Shown here piece after piece: positions 13,641-27,439 of a stretch of 64,000 nt of DNA. How positions within the stretch are numbered: position 1 is the first letter of the stretch; every line of letters begins with the position of its first letter. Location: contig NC_087436.1 of the NCBI RefSeq assembly GCF_036321535.1, positions 17,856,001-17,920,000 on the forward strand. Reading direction: 5' to 3'. The notes beneath the pieces are model-generated. The model saw nothing but the letters and a program-made list of their open reading frames with translations. It was not told where the DNA came from and made no database searches. Origin of the DNA: Camelus dromedarius. Its lineage: Eukaryota. A program made the translations under genes and the position numbers.

Positions 13641-16107
13641 CGTATTTTAATATAAGCTTTTTGATGGAAGACCTAGACCTAAGAGCAAAAACAGCTTTGT
13701 AAATTCTGTGTTGGCAGAGGGGAAAATAATAGGCAACTCTCAAATTATTTAGCACCTACTGTGTTCTTAATGTAGGCGAACAAACCAAATGAATGGGAAG
13801 CAAACCAAACGTCTCCCCGGTATTCACATCTCACTGGGGGAGAGGACTCACATGAGTCTATACAGCCTTTTTGTTGTTGTTGTTGTTTTTCCCTAATTAT
13901 GTGTTTGGTTGTGCGAGGCAGTAAGAAGAGTTACCAAAAATTAGAAAAGGAAGAGTTTCATGTGGGCTAGAACACAGGAGGTGAGATTTCAACTGATGTT
14001 TGTAGATTGCTGGTGTATGGTGAGGAGTGCAGAGGTGTTACAGAAGGAAGTAATGGCACAGGTCACGTGTGTGGGCACAGGACAAACAAGGCCTGCTTGG
14101 ATGGGGTTAATGGTAACTGGGGAGCACCAGACTGTAGAAATCTGAATGCTAAAAAGAAGTGTTTGGCATTTTTAACATAGTACTAGCAAACATTTTTCTT
14201 TTAAACCTGGAAAGGATATAAAAGGGTAGAAAAGTCAATCCGGTAGGAGAGATAGGAAACAGGGACAGAAACTTTAAAAAGCAGTTGGGAGGCTATGATG
14301 TTGGTAATTCAGGCTGAGTGGCTGGAACGGAAGACAAGGGATAAGTATTGGATGGTTTACGGGAAGAGGTCATTGCAGGCCAGATTATCTGCCCTCAAGC
14401 CTGTTTCTTTCCCCCTGTGCCACCAAACCACGTGTGTTAACAGCCCTACAAAAAGAGTTGCAAAGAGTATAGGGAAGAAAGACACAGCTTTATAGTAACG
14501 AGGAGGAAATTGAAGCATCATCATGACTTTTAAAAGGAGCAAAAGAGTTTTGTTATTTGGATGAAGGTCAACCTGATCATTTTGATACCAAAAGAGAATG
14601 CATTTTATTAGACTAGGGGGAAAATATCCCCGGGAAATGGAAACAGAAGAGCCAGCTCCTGGTTTGACTAAGTTGGAAAGCAAGCCAGTGAAAGATTATG
14701 TAAATGAATTAGAAATGGTGACATATGGAATTCTGACGTACATACAAGGATGTGAAGGAACAGAGGAGTCTCAGCTCGTCTGATAGTCCATTTATTATGT
14801 CCTCAGGTCAATGGTGTTTGAATTCACAGTGTCTTTTTCAGAAGTGGAAACATGCTTATTTTCCTCTATCCTGTGGGAGAGTTTGTATTTACTTAAAAAA
14901 TATTTTTCTGATAAGTTCGAGAAGAGATTCTGAGTGCAGCGTTTGGGAGGGTAGAGAGGTGAGGAGCAGATGTTCTTTTATTTCCTCCCCTTCGGATGGT
15001 CACTATGTTTTTGAAATGGAAATTGTGTTCGGAGAGGCTTTTGTTCTTGGAAGCTTTAAGGTATGACTGAAGAATTTATGGTCCTACAATAAAGTATTTT
15101 TTTTTCCCTTCCTTTCTCTGTCATTTTCAGACCCCGTTGAGGTAAGTGTACCTGTGAAGTATTCCTCTGAGACTTCTGGAAGCATTTTGTGTTTCTGTAT
15201 GTGGCAGAAATATGATAATTTTGTTGACATATACGCTGTATTTTGGACTTGGTTGCTATGATTCAGGTGAAAACAGCAGTCTTTTCCCCTCCTAAGTACT
15301 GTTTTTTTTGGTTTTTTTTGTTTTTTGTTTTTTTTTTTTTTGAGAACTGGAGAAATACAAACATAGCAACCTTTCGTGGTGAAAATCTAAAGCTGATAGC
15401 TCTTACATGTGCATGACTTCTGAAACATGAGCTCCATGGGTGGTTCTTCGATGTCTATCAGCAGGGACCCCCTATTTTTGAGCCAATGTTCATTTAAAAA
15501 GGCAAGGATTTTTGTAAGAGGGTATAATTGCATGAACTGTGCATTTTTTGAGGGATGAATTTGTTGCCAGTACCCAAGAATGGAAGAAGTAAAGAATAGA
15601 AATCTTAAGTGTCAAACATGGTCTAGCCTCTGATTTCATAACACTGATGAAATATGCTTTTTTAAGAAATTTGATTCTTGCCAATTCTACTGTAGCAGAA
15701 ATAATCAAATTTAGTATGATGAGGGTTTTAAGGAAAGTAGACACAATTTTTAAGAAATCAATGTTTTACCTAATGGGGGAAATGACTGTCTCAGAGTCCC
15801 TGCACAGTCAGCCTCTTCCAGACACGTAACTGATGGAGAGCATGCTAAGCCTGAGTTACATAAGGCTTTTCATCAATGAGGAATGATAAAAGTTTGCTTG
15901 TCATACTATTTTTAGACAGTGTTTATTTCAGTTGCTTGACTTTAAAAGGGGGTGCCCTTCCCTGGTCCTTGGCCCAAGAGAGACTGTACAAGACAGAAAA
16001 CATGGAGACTTAAAACAGGCATGCACTGCTCCCCCGAAGTAACTAAATGAAGTACCAGTTCTGTTTACTGAACTGCCTGGAATCTGAAACAGCGATGCAT
16101 GTTACTC

Positions 16108-16230
16108 CTCGGAAGTTCGGGAGATGGACGTGGTGATGGTTGTGCAACAATGTGAATGCCCTTATTTACACTTAAAAATGGCTGAAATAGTAAATGCAAT
16201 GTCATGGCTCTTTTATCACAGTAAAAATAG
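16108..16230 (+). mobile_element. L1MB-type extreme 3' fragment
   Basis: ggagatggacgtggtgatggttgtgcaacaatgtgaatg...cacttaaaaatggctgaaatagtaaat...ttttatcacagtaaaaa. Confidence 0.75.
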
Positions 16231-16679
16231 CACTTAATCCTAATAAAAATGGGGTTGCCTTGCACTGATGAAGTAAGATTGCGAGGTGCACTGCAGGTGC
16301 AGTGTGTGAGCCCCTCCAAGCAGAAAGGAGGCAGGGACTGGTCATCCTGAACATTGACTCTTCTGCACTAATATAGACAAGGTCATGTACGAGCTGTGTT
16401 CAGGACTGATTGCCACTCAACAACCATTTTTTAAGCACTTAAATCTGTCAGGGCAGAGTCTTGGGTGTATGGTCAGAGCAAGAATGGGAACTTCTCATCC
16501 TTCAGAATACCCAGTCTAGACACAGACACAGCCACGATCCCATTGCATATTCAACTGTGGTATGAGCTCTTCTGGAGGCCCCATGTAATGTTTTAAGAAC
16601 ATGGGAAAGAACCACTTAGAAAATAAATATTCATTTTATTAATAAAATTACATGATGGCTGTAAGTGAATTTAGTATGA

Positions 16680-17135
16680 TTCGTCAGAACTCTTGATTTG
16701 TAAACAGCACAGGAAACCATCTCATGCTAGTTTAAACAAAACAGAATCTCTTGGCTCGCAAAAATGGAAGAAGTTCAAGGGGGTAAGCCTCAGCTTGGCT
16801 AGATTCCAGGTTTTAAATGGTGATATTATAAATTTCTTTGTCTCTTCATCTGTTGGAGCGTTTTTCTTTTTATTTCAACTCTGTGCTTGGGGGCTATGGC
16901 CAGCATCACTCTGGGCTTGAGTTTTCATTAGTTATTGATCCTGGTGAAAGGAACTGCTCCTTTCTTAATAGATTCTGATTGGCCAGCCTTGGTTCTCATG
17001 TCCAACCATGAGTTAGATGGTGCCTGTGTGTACATGTGTGCCCGTTGGGGTGGGTGCTTGGCCTCACCCAACCCTGTGGACTAGGAACACAGCAAGATGG
17101 GTCTCCAGAGTGTTCTGGGCAAACAAAAACTGTAC
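16680..17135 (-). mobile_element. Old MLT1 (ERVL-MaLR) LTR remnant
   Basis: gtcagaactcttgatttgtaaacagcacaggaaacc...gctagtttaaacaaaa and tctgattggccagccttgg...catgtcc motifs. Confidence 0.55.
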
Positions 17136-18194
17136 TACCCATCGTTTCAAAAGCTGATCATACAGTTAGTTATTAATTATCTTTTATTTAAGTAGAAATG
17201 TTAACCACGATACTTGAGTCTCCAAGCATTATCATTAATAAGAGTCTTCTAGTATTAAAGTAAACTACCTAGTAATAATGAGAACTTGTGAAGGATAGAA
17301 AAATGATGAATGGGAAGGGTCAACGCAATATGTTTTTAGAGGGAGAGAAGATCTGACGGTTTTTTTTCATGGAGTACATTTATAGATGCTTCAATGATGA
17401 GAAAAATTTAGCAGTAACAAGAGTGTGTTCCCAAAACAATATATGCAGATTCAGTCCCACTCTCTGATACATGGGGAGAATGAGCATTAATATAACTCTA
17501 AAAGGTTCAGTAAATTGACCCCATTAGTAAGTGTGTCCCTAGACCATCCAGAACTAGTTATCATTGCCTGTCTAGGAGCACCTAAGAAGTGTCTTATATT
17601 GTGTTTTCTTTGGCCTGTTCATTGGGAGCCTCTGCCATTCTTGGTATATATATTTGTTTTCTCAGTGTGGAAGGATTACTAATAGAATGAACCTCTACCT
17701 GTTCACCAGTATAGTATATAGGGTACTTACGCATATAATTTTGCATATGGCTTCAGAAGATTCATGGATCATTTCATGAACCCTTGGATTGCAGGTTGAG
17801 AACCACTCCTCCTGGTCATTGTTAAAATATACATCACTAATAAAAGGGAACTACAGTGATCAACTACCAGTAGGTCATTTATCATTGAAAATGCAACTTG
17901 AATTGTGTGTTTGACAGTAATGCTAGATTGTACATTTGGTCACATTGTCTTATGTGGTAAATATTTATGCAAGATGGCTCTATGGGCCAAAAAATTCCAT
18001 GAAGGAGGGAAGTGGTCTATATAAGCAGGCCAGAGATATCAGTTGATCTGATTAGTTGATATCCAAAAAGTCGAAAAAGATGAGGATCAGTAAGTTCACA
18101 GATACTGACAGGGAGAGATAGCATTGTTTACAAAGGATATAATCAGAAGCCAGAGTAATCTTGGTAAATGGCAGATAATGCCAGAAATGAATAT

Positions 18195-18430
18195 ATGGGA
18201 GAATGGTGGTGGCTAGGAAGGCCAACTTTGAGGTCATACTTCCTCTTGTTGCCTGACCCTCGGCAAGTTTCCTGACCTCTCTGTTGGTGAGTTTCCACAT
18301 CTTTAGGAGCGTGGCAATAATAGTCCTTACCTCCAATGGCTGTGGGACATGGATCTGACCTGGTCCATATCAAGTGCTAGCATACTGTGTGTGCTCAATG
18401 GAAATCCTACTGCTTACCATTCTTGTTGAC
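18195..18430 (+). mobile_element. MIR SINE
   Basis: tgaccctcggcaagtttcctgacctctctg...agtttccacatct...aataatagtccttacctc. Confidence 0.75.
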
Positions 18431-19754
18431 TTTTATTAATCATTTCAATTAGAAATAGAGGAATAGGAACAAATAGGAACTCCATGCATGAATAATTGCT
18501 CATGTGAAAGTATGACCTAAGAGATTCCATCGCAAAAAGAATTAGCACTGTAGATGTTAATAAATTCAACCACAAAACTAACATTATTTCAGAGTGAGGA
18601 AATCCTCCCAGTTCTTTGTGCCCTCCTGAGATCCTTAATTGAGAGCTCTATTCTTCTCCGAATTCCAAAAATAGAGATTATTATGAAGATAGTTTAGACT
18701 AGTGATTCTCAACTCTTTTTTAAAAGCAATACAAATGAAGATTAATATTCACATATATCACATACTCCGTGGCAGATTTGATTTAAATGCGTTGTGTGGG
18801 TATGTGTGTGTGGGCAGCAAAGCAAATAGCACCATGAGCTTTTTGTTTTTGTGGTATTCATAAAAATCAATGCTCGGCATAAACACATTATTCACTAACA
18901 GTTGCTTATTATGGGCTGCAGCATAGATCAGACAGGCTGCATAGTGATAGACTCTGAGGGTTTTAACTTCCATCTCTTTTCCCACCTGTGAAAACATTAG
19001 AATGCAAACGAGCGAGTGGCTTTATTGTAGGAAGAATCATGGACCTGTTTGTTCTGTGTTTCTATTTTAACAGTAAATAATTCACAAACGTCAATGTCAT
19101 TATCATTAACAAACTACACGGCGCACAGATCGTGCCCTGTGGTGTAGTACTCAGGTCTAAGGGAAATCCTGAGAAGTCAGTAAAAAGTCACAATCCCTCT
19201 GTCCTCCACACAGTTAAAATCACTAACTATAATAATGCAATTCAAGTATGAGAACTGTTAAGCTGATGATACCAAATATACAGTTGCTGTCTTCTTTGGA
19301 CAACAGAATAAAACAAGAAGAAATCCTGTTAGGGATTTAGATCAGCTATGAAAAATCTGCTGCCTTTATATTATTTTTAAACACTGGGCTAGAATTATTG
19401 TTCAGCGAAGGCCCATGACAGCTTTTACTCTGAGTTTTTGAAGGTAAGGATAATTTTCATGGTTGAGATGTGGCTTTTGATGTGACTGTAACCAGGGTGA
19501 AAGTGTCTTAGATTATGACTTTTCCTCAGATGGAGTCATTCTGTTGTAATAAGTCAGCATATGTCACTGTCTAGTCTGAAATCTACATGAGGATGAAAAC
19601 ATATTATGTAAAAACCATCAATAGTATCAAGTCTCTGCAGTTCCACTGTGCTGAAGACTTAATGCCAGCACCATTCACCGGGTGGTTTCCAGGTTCTCTG
19701 GAATAGAACCTCAATCGAGAAACAACATTTAGTTGATCACATATCCGACTCCTG

Positions 19755-20960
19755 GAGAGGGAAGCACTTTATAAGACCAGAGTGATGGGAGAAAGCTCAC
19801 ACACATAAACTGAGCATTGTGATTACATAAAAATTCAGAACGCCTATGCACCAAATAAAATTAAGACAAAAGATAGGGAATGGTGATTAGGTTAATTATC
19901 TCTATATTAAGAGCTAATACAAATCAATAAGAAAATCATGGAGACTTCTAGTAGGGGTGGGGGAGGGGAAAAAAAAAAAGGACATGAACGAGACAGCTCA
20001 GAAAGAAACCAATACAGACAGAGTGTGTGAACTTCTAAACTGTTGAGTCATGCTAGTAAGTAGAGAGATGGACGTGAAAGCCAACAAGTAGGTAGCGTTT
20101 TTCATCTATCAGATTCCCCGGGAGGAGAACAATTGATGGGGAGACAGATGCCACTGTGAAGCCTGTTAACCGGGAGCATAAAGAGAGACAAGTAATTTGG
20201 CAGCAGGTACCATCCGAAGTCCTGTGATGTAATTCCAGAGCATGGACCCTCCAGCCAGACGGCCGTGTGTGCATCTCAGCTTTACCACTTACTGGCTGTG
20301 TGATCTTGGGCAAGTTACTTCACCTCAGTGTTCACATCTGTAAAATGGAGATAATCGTAGAATTTATCAAATAGAGTTGCTATAAGGGCTCATTGAGTTA
20401 GTATTTGTAAAGTGCTTAGAAAAGTACGTGGCCCGTAGTAAGCCCTACATAAGTATGTTTGCTTTATGATTGTTACTATTCATTATCATTGCTTTTATGT
20501 ACCTCAGAAGGTCCAATTTCTAGGACTATATCATCCAGAAATTATGATGCATGTGGACAGAGGTTAGCGTACAGTGGTGTTCATTTTAACATAACTTATA
20601 AAAATTTAAATAGCCTTTTTTCCTAATGAATTGGGGGTTAGCCATATCATGGTAAATTTATTTATTTTTAAAATTATTGTGTAATATATGCAGTCAGTTC
20701 TATGGAGAAAATTTAATAACATGGGAAATCATTAAAATTAATTTTTTTCATTTAACGTATATGCAACTGTGTTTACAGCATTTGTATATGTACTTAAATA
20801 CGTGGGCATTTCATTCTCAGTGGACATAAATGTGTGCATTTCATTCTCAATGGAAGGAAAAGTCTCAACATTAGAAGTGGTTATCACTGAATAATCGGAT
20901 TTCTGCTTTGTTAGTTTTCCTTTTTTGTGTTTATCAAATTTTCTGTGATGAAGTTGTATT
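19755..20960 (+). mobile_element. Degraded L1ME-type fragment interrupted by a MIR (about 20235-20490)
   Basis: gattacataaaaatt...aagagctaatacaaatcaataagaaaa...ggacatgaac (ORF2 end). The MIR core gtgtgatcttgggcaagttacttcacctcagt...catctgtaaaatggagataat is clear; the L1 bounds are weak. Confidence 0.55.
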
Positions 20961-22574
20961 ATTTCCACAGCAAAAAAAAATAATAATAATTAAAAGTGCA
21001 CCAGTAATGATTGTGAGAATATGATGTATCTCTCACATATCAGAGCAAGAGCACCTCTGCCTCCAGGTGGCACTGCCATTTTCACAGAGAAGTGAGGAAT
21101 TCTGGGCTGATGGGCATTTTGTTACATTCTGATCCATGCTTGATGGGTGTGTTTGCTTGTTTCCAGACCAGCCCTCAAAGACCCAGGTGGTTGTGGGAGG
21201 GAGAGAGGTGGGCAGCCCTGCACATGCTCATCAGAATGTCATGCTGTTTCTTGCAGGTTTTGCCTGCTTCCAGATTCTCTAAGGTTGTAGGACCATTTGT
21301 TGTAACGTCCATTAAAACTACTTGAGAGTAAATTAAATTGTTATGTTTATAATTATCTGAATAAGCAAGCATGATGGATAAAGCAAATGTTTCATAATAT
21401 GGTTTATTTCCTAAGCTAATAAAGAAGCCCAAGAGCTATTAGAGCAGAATTAAAAATATTGCATAAAAACATCCATTATCCTCGCATTTATTTCCCTTCT
21501 ACCTTAATGATCTTTATTCTTATTCCACCGTGGGATCCCAGTTTTATCAGACCTGACATCTGACCCTTCTGTTCCTTTGACTATCAGAATGCTTCTTTCA
21601 GGTACTTAGATGGACAGTCCTTTGATTTTTCTTTTCCTTTCGTTTGTTTGTTTGTTTGTTTGTTTGTTTTTGTGTTGTGCCGTTCTCACATAATGACCCT
21701 TTAGCTTAATGATATGAAAAATAGTTAGATGTGAATAAACAGTTTTATTTATTAGTTGGGATTAGGTGATCATTGGAAACTTTGTAAGCCTCATAGATTT
21801 CTTTTTTTTGTTTTTGGTAGGCTGCTCAGTTGCAAAATATTTTAAAGATTGACTTTTCTGTGTAAGTATGAAACTTATTGTTTTAAAACCCCCTAATATT
21901 GTCATTAATGTCATGGTTTGGAATTAGTCTGCTGATGGTAAGATGCTATATTTGTTGAGGCTCTGATGACCATGGAAGTAGTGACTTATCTAGATTTGTA
22001 TTTATAGTCATTCAACTGTTATTGATAAGTAGTATTTGTGATAAAAACTAAATTTTTCATGAGACAAATTACAAGAAAATTAATTCATACATACATTTCC
22101 TTTTGGAATCTTTCATGTTTAACATCTGTTAACATATGACAAGTTATCTTCTGAGAGACCTTAATGTATTTTAAGTTTAACCTACTGGTAATAACTTTGG
22201 GATATATTTTTCCAAAGTGGCATAAAGTTCAGAACAGAATTACATAAGGTAGGCCACAATCAAGGTAGATGACAGCTGTCTCCCAGGAAGCTGAATTAAT
22301 TGAAGCTAACAGAGGCCAACTGATCTAGACGGGGGTTAGGAATTTTCACGTGATGCTTTTCTATATTTAAAAAATTAAACTACCAAAGATAATAATAATA
22401 TCCATTTTTTGCCACCTGGAGTTAACATGCTAATTTGTCATTTGTTTCAGATCTTTCTTTAAATCAGTGGCAAAATATCACACATGGTTGAAGTTCAAGT
22501 CCTAACGGCTCCCTTCCTCCCCTTCCCCTTCTTGTCCTTGTAGAGACAGTCTAAATCAGGAATGTCAGGTGTAA

Positions 22575-22708
22575 GGGGAGGGTATAGCTCAAATGGTAGA
22601 GAGCATGCTTACCATGCAGGAGGTTCTGGGTTCAATCCCTAGTACCTCCTCTAAAAATAAATAAAGTAAATTAAACTAATTACCCCCCCAAAAAAAACTA
22701 AAAAGAAA
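22575..22708 (+). mobile_element. tRNA-derived SINE (camelid Vic-1-like)
   Basis: ggggagggtatagctcaaatggtagagagcatgctt...gggttcaatccctagtacctcc plus A-rich tail; flanks gtcaggtgt / gtcagatgt look like a TSD. Confidence 0.92.
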
Positions 22709-22724
22709 AAGTCAGATGTGGCCC

Positions 22725-23560
22725 ATACTTTTATCCTCCACACATATATGTGCACTTATTTAACAATTTTACAGAAATGGAATCTTACCCCTGCAAAGTA
22801 TCTGACAACTTTTGTGATCTGTGCGTGATGATGCATTCAGATCTCGTTCATTCCACTTTCATTATTTTATATAGTCCTGTGGCTTACCTGGCTCTCTTAC
22901 TGGGCATTGAGGTTGTTTGCAATGTTACTGCTGACAAAAATAGTGCTGCAAAGACCAGTTTTGTAAATGTCTCCTTATACCCAGGAGCAGGTTTTTCTGT
23001 AGGCTGTATAATCAGAAGTAGAATTTCTGGGTAATGGAGAATGTATGTATCTTGAATTTTACAAATTTTACATGATGGGACGGCTGGGTGTTTGTGCTGG
23101 TTTACATTGTCAACAGCACATGTAAGGTACTGGGTTTCCTCACTTCCGTGTTGATGCTTTGCTCTGTGAGTAGGAAATACTGTCTCATCTGTAATTTAAG
23201 CGTGAATCTCGTCGTTAGTTACTAGTGAGGGTGGCGTGTTTTCCCAGGTATATCAGACTGGGTTTCCCCTTCTGTAAATTGCTGTTCATATCCTGTTTCC
23301 CCAGATTTATTTTGTCTTGTCTTCTGTTTATTGATTTCTGACAGCGATTAAACCGTGCATTAAACTTTTGGTTATGTGAGTCGAAAATATGATCTCCCAG
23401 TCTCTGTCCTGTTTGTTAACTTTGTTATGGTATTCTTCATATAGATGCTTAAAGTTTTGATGCAAAATTTCATTTTTTTCTTAAGGCATGTGCTTCATAT
23501 ATATGCTTTGCCCAAGAAATCCTCCCTTACCTTAACATTCATGTAAAGATATTTTCTGAT
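22725..23560 (-). mobile_element. Degraded L1ME-type fragment
   Basis: gggcattgaggttgtttgc...agaagtagaatttctgggt...cccttctgtaaattgctgttcatatcc...ttgttaactttgttatggt. Confidence 0.65.
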
Positions 23561-26500
23561 ACATGCTTTCTGTAGTATTTGTTTTAAGTCTCAAAGTTTC
23601 TTGCAGTAGTTGATAAAGGAATTTATTTTTCAGAAGTGCAGTTACTCTAGGAAAGGATCTGTTGCTGTTACCAGGATCATTTCCTACGATATTTAAGGAG
23701 CTAAGAACATAAAATAGTCACACACTGACTTAACCAAGAGCGAATGCCACACAGCTATTTAGAAGTGTTTTCCAATAAAACCGGATAAAACACAGAAGTC
23801 AGGGTTGTTTTTATTTCTGATTTGGTTTGGAGGTTCTAATATTTGTGAAAATAATATGCTGGTGTGGGAAGACGAAACAGGAAACTTCTGATGATCACAG
23901 TTACTCTGCAGTTTTAGATTATCATCATAAACTTCTTTGGAAATAAATGTAAGGCAACACAGACTGGAAAAGCTCAGACGGTATAAATTTGGGCTCTCTT
24001 CTTTCAGTGTAGTTTGTCACCTGACATACGTTGGTCGCCTTTTGGGCGCGATCCCTAAATAAGACACTTATATTCACAGTGCTGTGGTCTGGGTCCCAGA
24101 GGGGATCTCTGTCACTGATTGAAAGACAAAAATCACACCTTTTTAGAAACTATAAGTAAAAGAATGCTTATAAGACTGGAAAGTGCTGGAAATTGAGTTT
24201 TCGAGGCTGCAGTTGGTGTTGCCATTATAAGGCTTTCAGACGAACCTATTTTTCCTTCCTAAGAAGGGAAAGAACTTTTTTTTTTTTAACCGTCTTTCTC
24301 CACTTCTCTTGATTCTGCCTCTCTCTTCAATTTAAATTACCAATAGACACTGCCTGCATTTTATCATCGAAAGGCTAAATCTGAATCCCCAAACTGTGAC
24401 TACTTAGCCAAGAAACTAGTTAGAATTCCAGCTTGATCTTTTTTTATTTCACTTATGTATTCTAACACAATTTCAGTCTTCTGAAATTTAACTAATTTGC
24501 ACAACACTTTTAGGAGTAAGTCAGTCCTAAGAAAATAAGCAATTAAATGTAAGGGATTCGTTGCTTTCTTGACAGTGAGAGCGGCATCACTGCACCCACC
24601 CTTCCCTGCAGAGAGGAAACTGTCCTGTTGGTGGACACATGGCAGCGGTCAAGCCTGCCTTCAGTGTTGCCCAGGGACCCATCTCCGCTGCCATGTGGTT
24701 TCCGAGCATGAGTCTCTGTAGGAAAAAAAAAAGAAAGAGTTAGGGCTAGGAGACAGGTGTGCTGTCCCTGCTTTGCTGATGAGAGACGGATGCTTTTACC
24801 AGGCTGAGTAGCCTGGTCCAGATCACACAGTAAATATAGAACTGGCCTCACAGCCCAGCTCTGATGGATTCTGAAAACCCTTTTCTTCTCGATACTGTTT
24901 TCCTAATTAAAATGAGCAGTGGTTTTATAATTGTATGACTTTATGCATGAGTGGCTTCTCAGATGCCTACTTGGGAAGAGGTGGAGTCGAAGAGGAAAAG
25001 CCAATGGGGCTCCTCCGTCTTGCTGTGTGCCTGCAGAAGAGGCAGGGTGGAGGAGAAGAGGATATTTATGACCGCATCCCTGAAGACCAATGTTTGCTTG
25101 TCTAATAGTTAAGCTTGTGGATGCAGGTGGTACCCTACATAAGTGTCTTGTGATGTGACATTGTCTGAAGACAACATAAGTAAGGCTACACTGTCCAGAA
25201 GGTTGGAAGATGGGTCTCAATAGCATTGTGCTGAGTTTTTTTAAAAAAAGAGGAAAAAGCAAAAGCAGATTGTAGAGCAGTGAGCAATATACATCACGAT
25301 GATGCCATTTGCATGTAAATTTTAAAGTGCGTCGGATGTGTCCATTTATTTGTGTCTGTGTGTATAATGAAGTATAAACATGATCAGCAACAAAGATATC
25401 AACCATTCTTTAACTAATGCTTGCCCCTGGGGAAGGAGGGGCAGACAGAGACATCACCCTCGTCTGTAATATTTTCATTTTATATTTGAAAAAAATGGAT
25501 TTCATAATTGTTGGCATCTTAGAAATCTAGGCGGTAGATATGAATGTTTTGCTATTTGTTTATATTCTTGCTTCTACTTTTCTGTATTTGAATTTTCTGT
25601 CCCCGGTAACCACCACAACAAAACGTGATCTTAAACCAGGAGGATTTGCTACTGATAACTGCCTCCAAACAAAACTATTTTTGACCGAGGACTAGATAGT
25701 TCCTTTGATTCTTTGTTTGGGCCATTGAAAAGAGAAGAAACCTGTGTGTCCAGCCAAAAGGAGAGGCATTCAGCTTTTCTGGCCCAAATTAAAAATACAT
25801 AGTTGGGACGTAGCAAGAAACTACAGTTTAGGACCCTCAAACTGGGTAAGGTGACGTTGAATTGAGAGCTGGAATACCGAAGATTATCTGAGACTTCCTT
25901 GTATGAGTTGGTTTGTGGCTTTGGTGGCTGTCTGTGTTCTGTAACTCTGTGAGCTCTGGCAGCAATCTGTAAAAGCACACCGTGTCACTACTCCTGGCCA
26001 AATAGTGTGTGACACTATTGTACTCTGTGGGCACATAAGTGATAGAAGTAAAACCTCCATTATGATAGGTGAGAAAGAAATCTAGATGGCCATTCTGCAA
26101 GTACTCACAGCTTGGAGTGACCCTTTTTTTCCCTCTTAGTCTGATGGTCAAGTTAACTCACAGGTAGGCATGAAAAATCATTTCTCGGAGAGATGGTGAA
26201 AGGCCCCTCACCTATATAGGTAGGTCACAAGACACTGTGTTTTAATTTTATTTGTGTATCTTAAACTTTGATTTAAGCTTCTGCAAGTTAAACTAAAGTG
26301 TGGTGTTAACTGTTCCCTGAATTAAGTCTCTCTAAATTTGAAGCCTATGAACTCCCGTTATTGCTCAATTAAAGGAGGAGATGCTGTGAACTGAGGATTG
26401 GTGAATATCTGATTTGTTATCTTGTAGACGATGGTCTGGTCTTGGTGCCTTCTCTATTCATAGCCTCATTTTAAGAATGGACTCTTGTTGTAAACTCTAT

Positions 26501-26926
26501 TAATAGATAATTTCAGCACCGTCTCATTTATTGGAAGCACAGGTCACCTGATTTGGAATAGTGTGGGTGAGAAGCAGCCAGCTGGTTTGAGGTGAGCTTA
26601 GTTCAGGAAGCAATTTGGTTACTGCTTCTATTTCATAATAACAGGACATTTCCACACCTAAGATTATTAGCAGATTTTCTGAAACTTCTGACAGGATTTT
26701 TGAATTGGACAGTCCATAAATTGAGAAGTGAATAAACATAGGTTGTTCTTTAAACAGTTTCTTTTCCTTTATGTTAAAAATGAGGTAGCCCTTTAAAAGT
26801 ACCTAAATTTTGTTGTGACTTTTACTTAGTGGTTTTTATGGAAAATATGTGAAGTGCAGATTTTTGGAATTTATGTAAATTTTTTTATACAAGTTAGGAA
26901 AGGTTTTTAATACAAGATTTTTAAAA

Positions 26927-27265
26927 CTTTTTTAAAAAATTGAAGTATAGTTGATTTACCATGTTGTGTTAATTTCTGATGTATTGTGATTCAGTTGTAC
27001 ACATATATATTCCTTTTTATGTTCTTTTTCATTGTAGGCTATTACAAGGTATTGAATATAGTTCTCTGTGCTGTACAGTAGGTCCTTGTTGTCTATTCTG
27101 TATACAGTAGTTTGTATCTGCTAATCCCAAACTCCCAATTTATCACCACCCACATTTCCCCTTTGGTAACTGTAAGTTTGTTTTCTATGTCTGTGTCTGT
27201 CTCTGTTTTGTAAATAAGTTCATTTGTGTCTTTTTTTTAGATTCCACATAGAAGTGATATAGATG
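26927..27265 (-). mobile_element. L1 3' end (artiodactyl-type)
   Basis: aattgaagtatagttgatttac...attgaatatagttctctgtgctgtacagtaggtccttgttg...ttagattccacatagaagtgatat. Confidence 0.9.
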
Positions 27266-27439
27266 GTTTAAAGGACTTTATAGACATTATGTCATTTAGG
27301 CTCACAACATCTTTTCTCATGAGATTGATGATAGGAATAGTCTTAAACCCTCTATTATGTAGAGGGGAATTTTGGTAAAGAGAAAGTATGTTTTCCTTAA
27401 TGTCCTAAGGAAAATCAGTGGTAAAAGCAGAATTTAGGA

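Noticed and set aside
24903..25406. 167-aa minus-strand ORF
   Set aside because: No homology recognised; partly overlaps degraded L1-like sequence.
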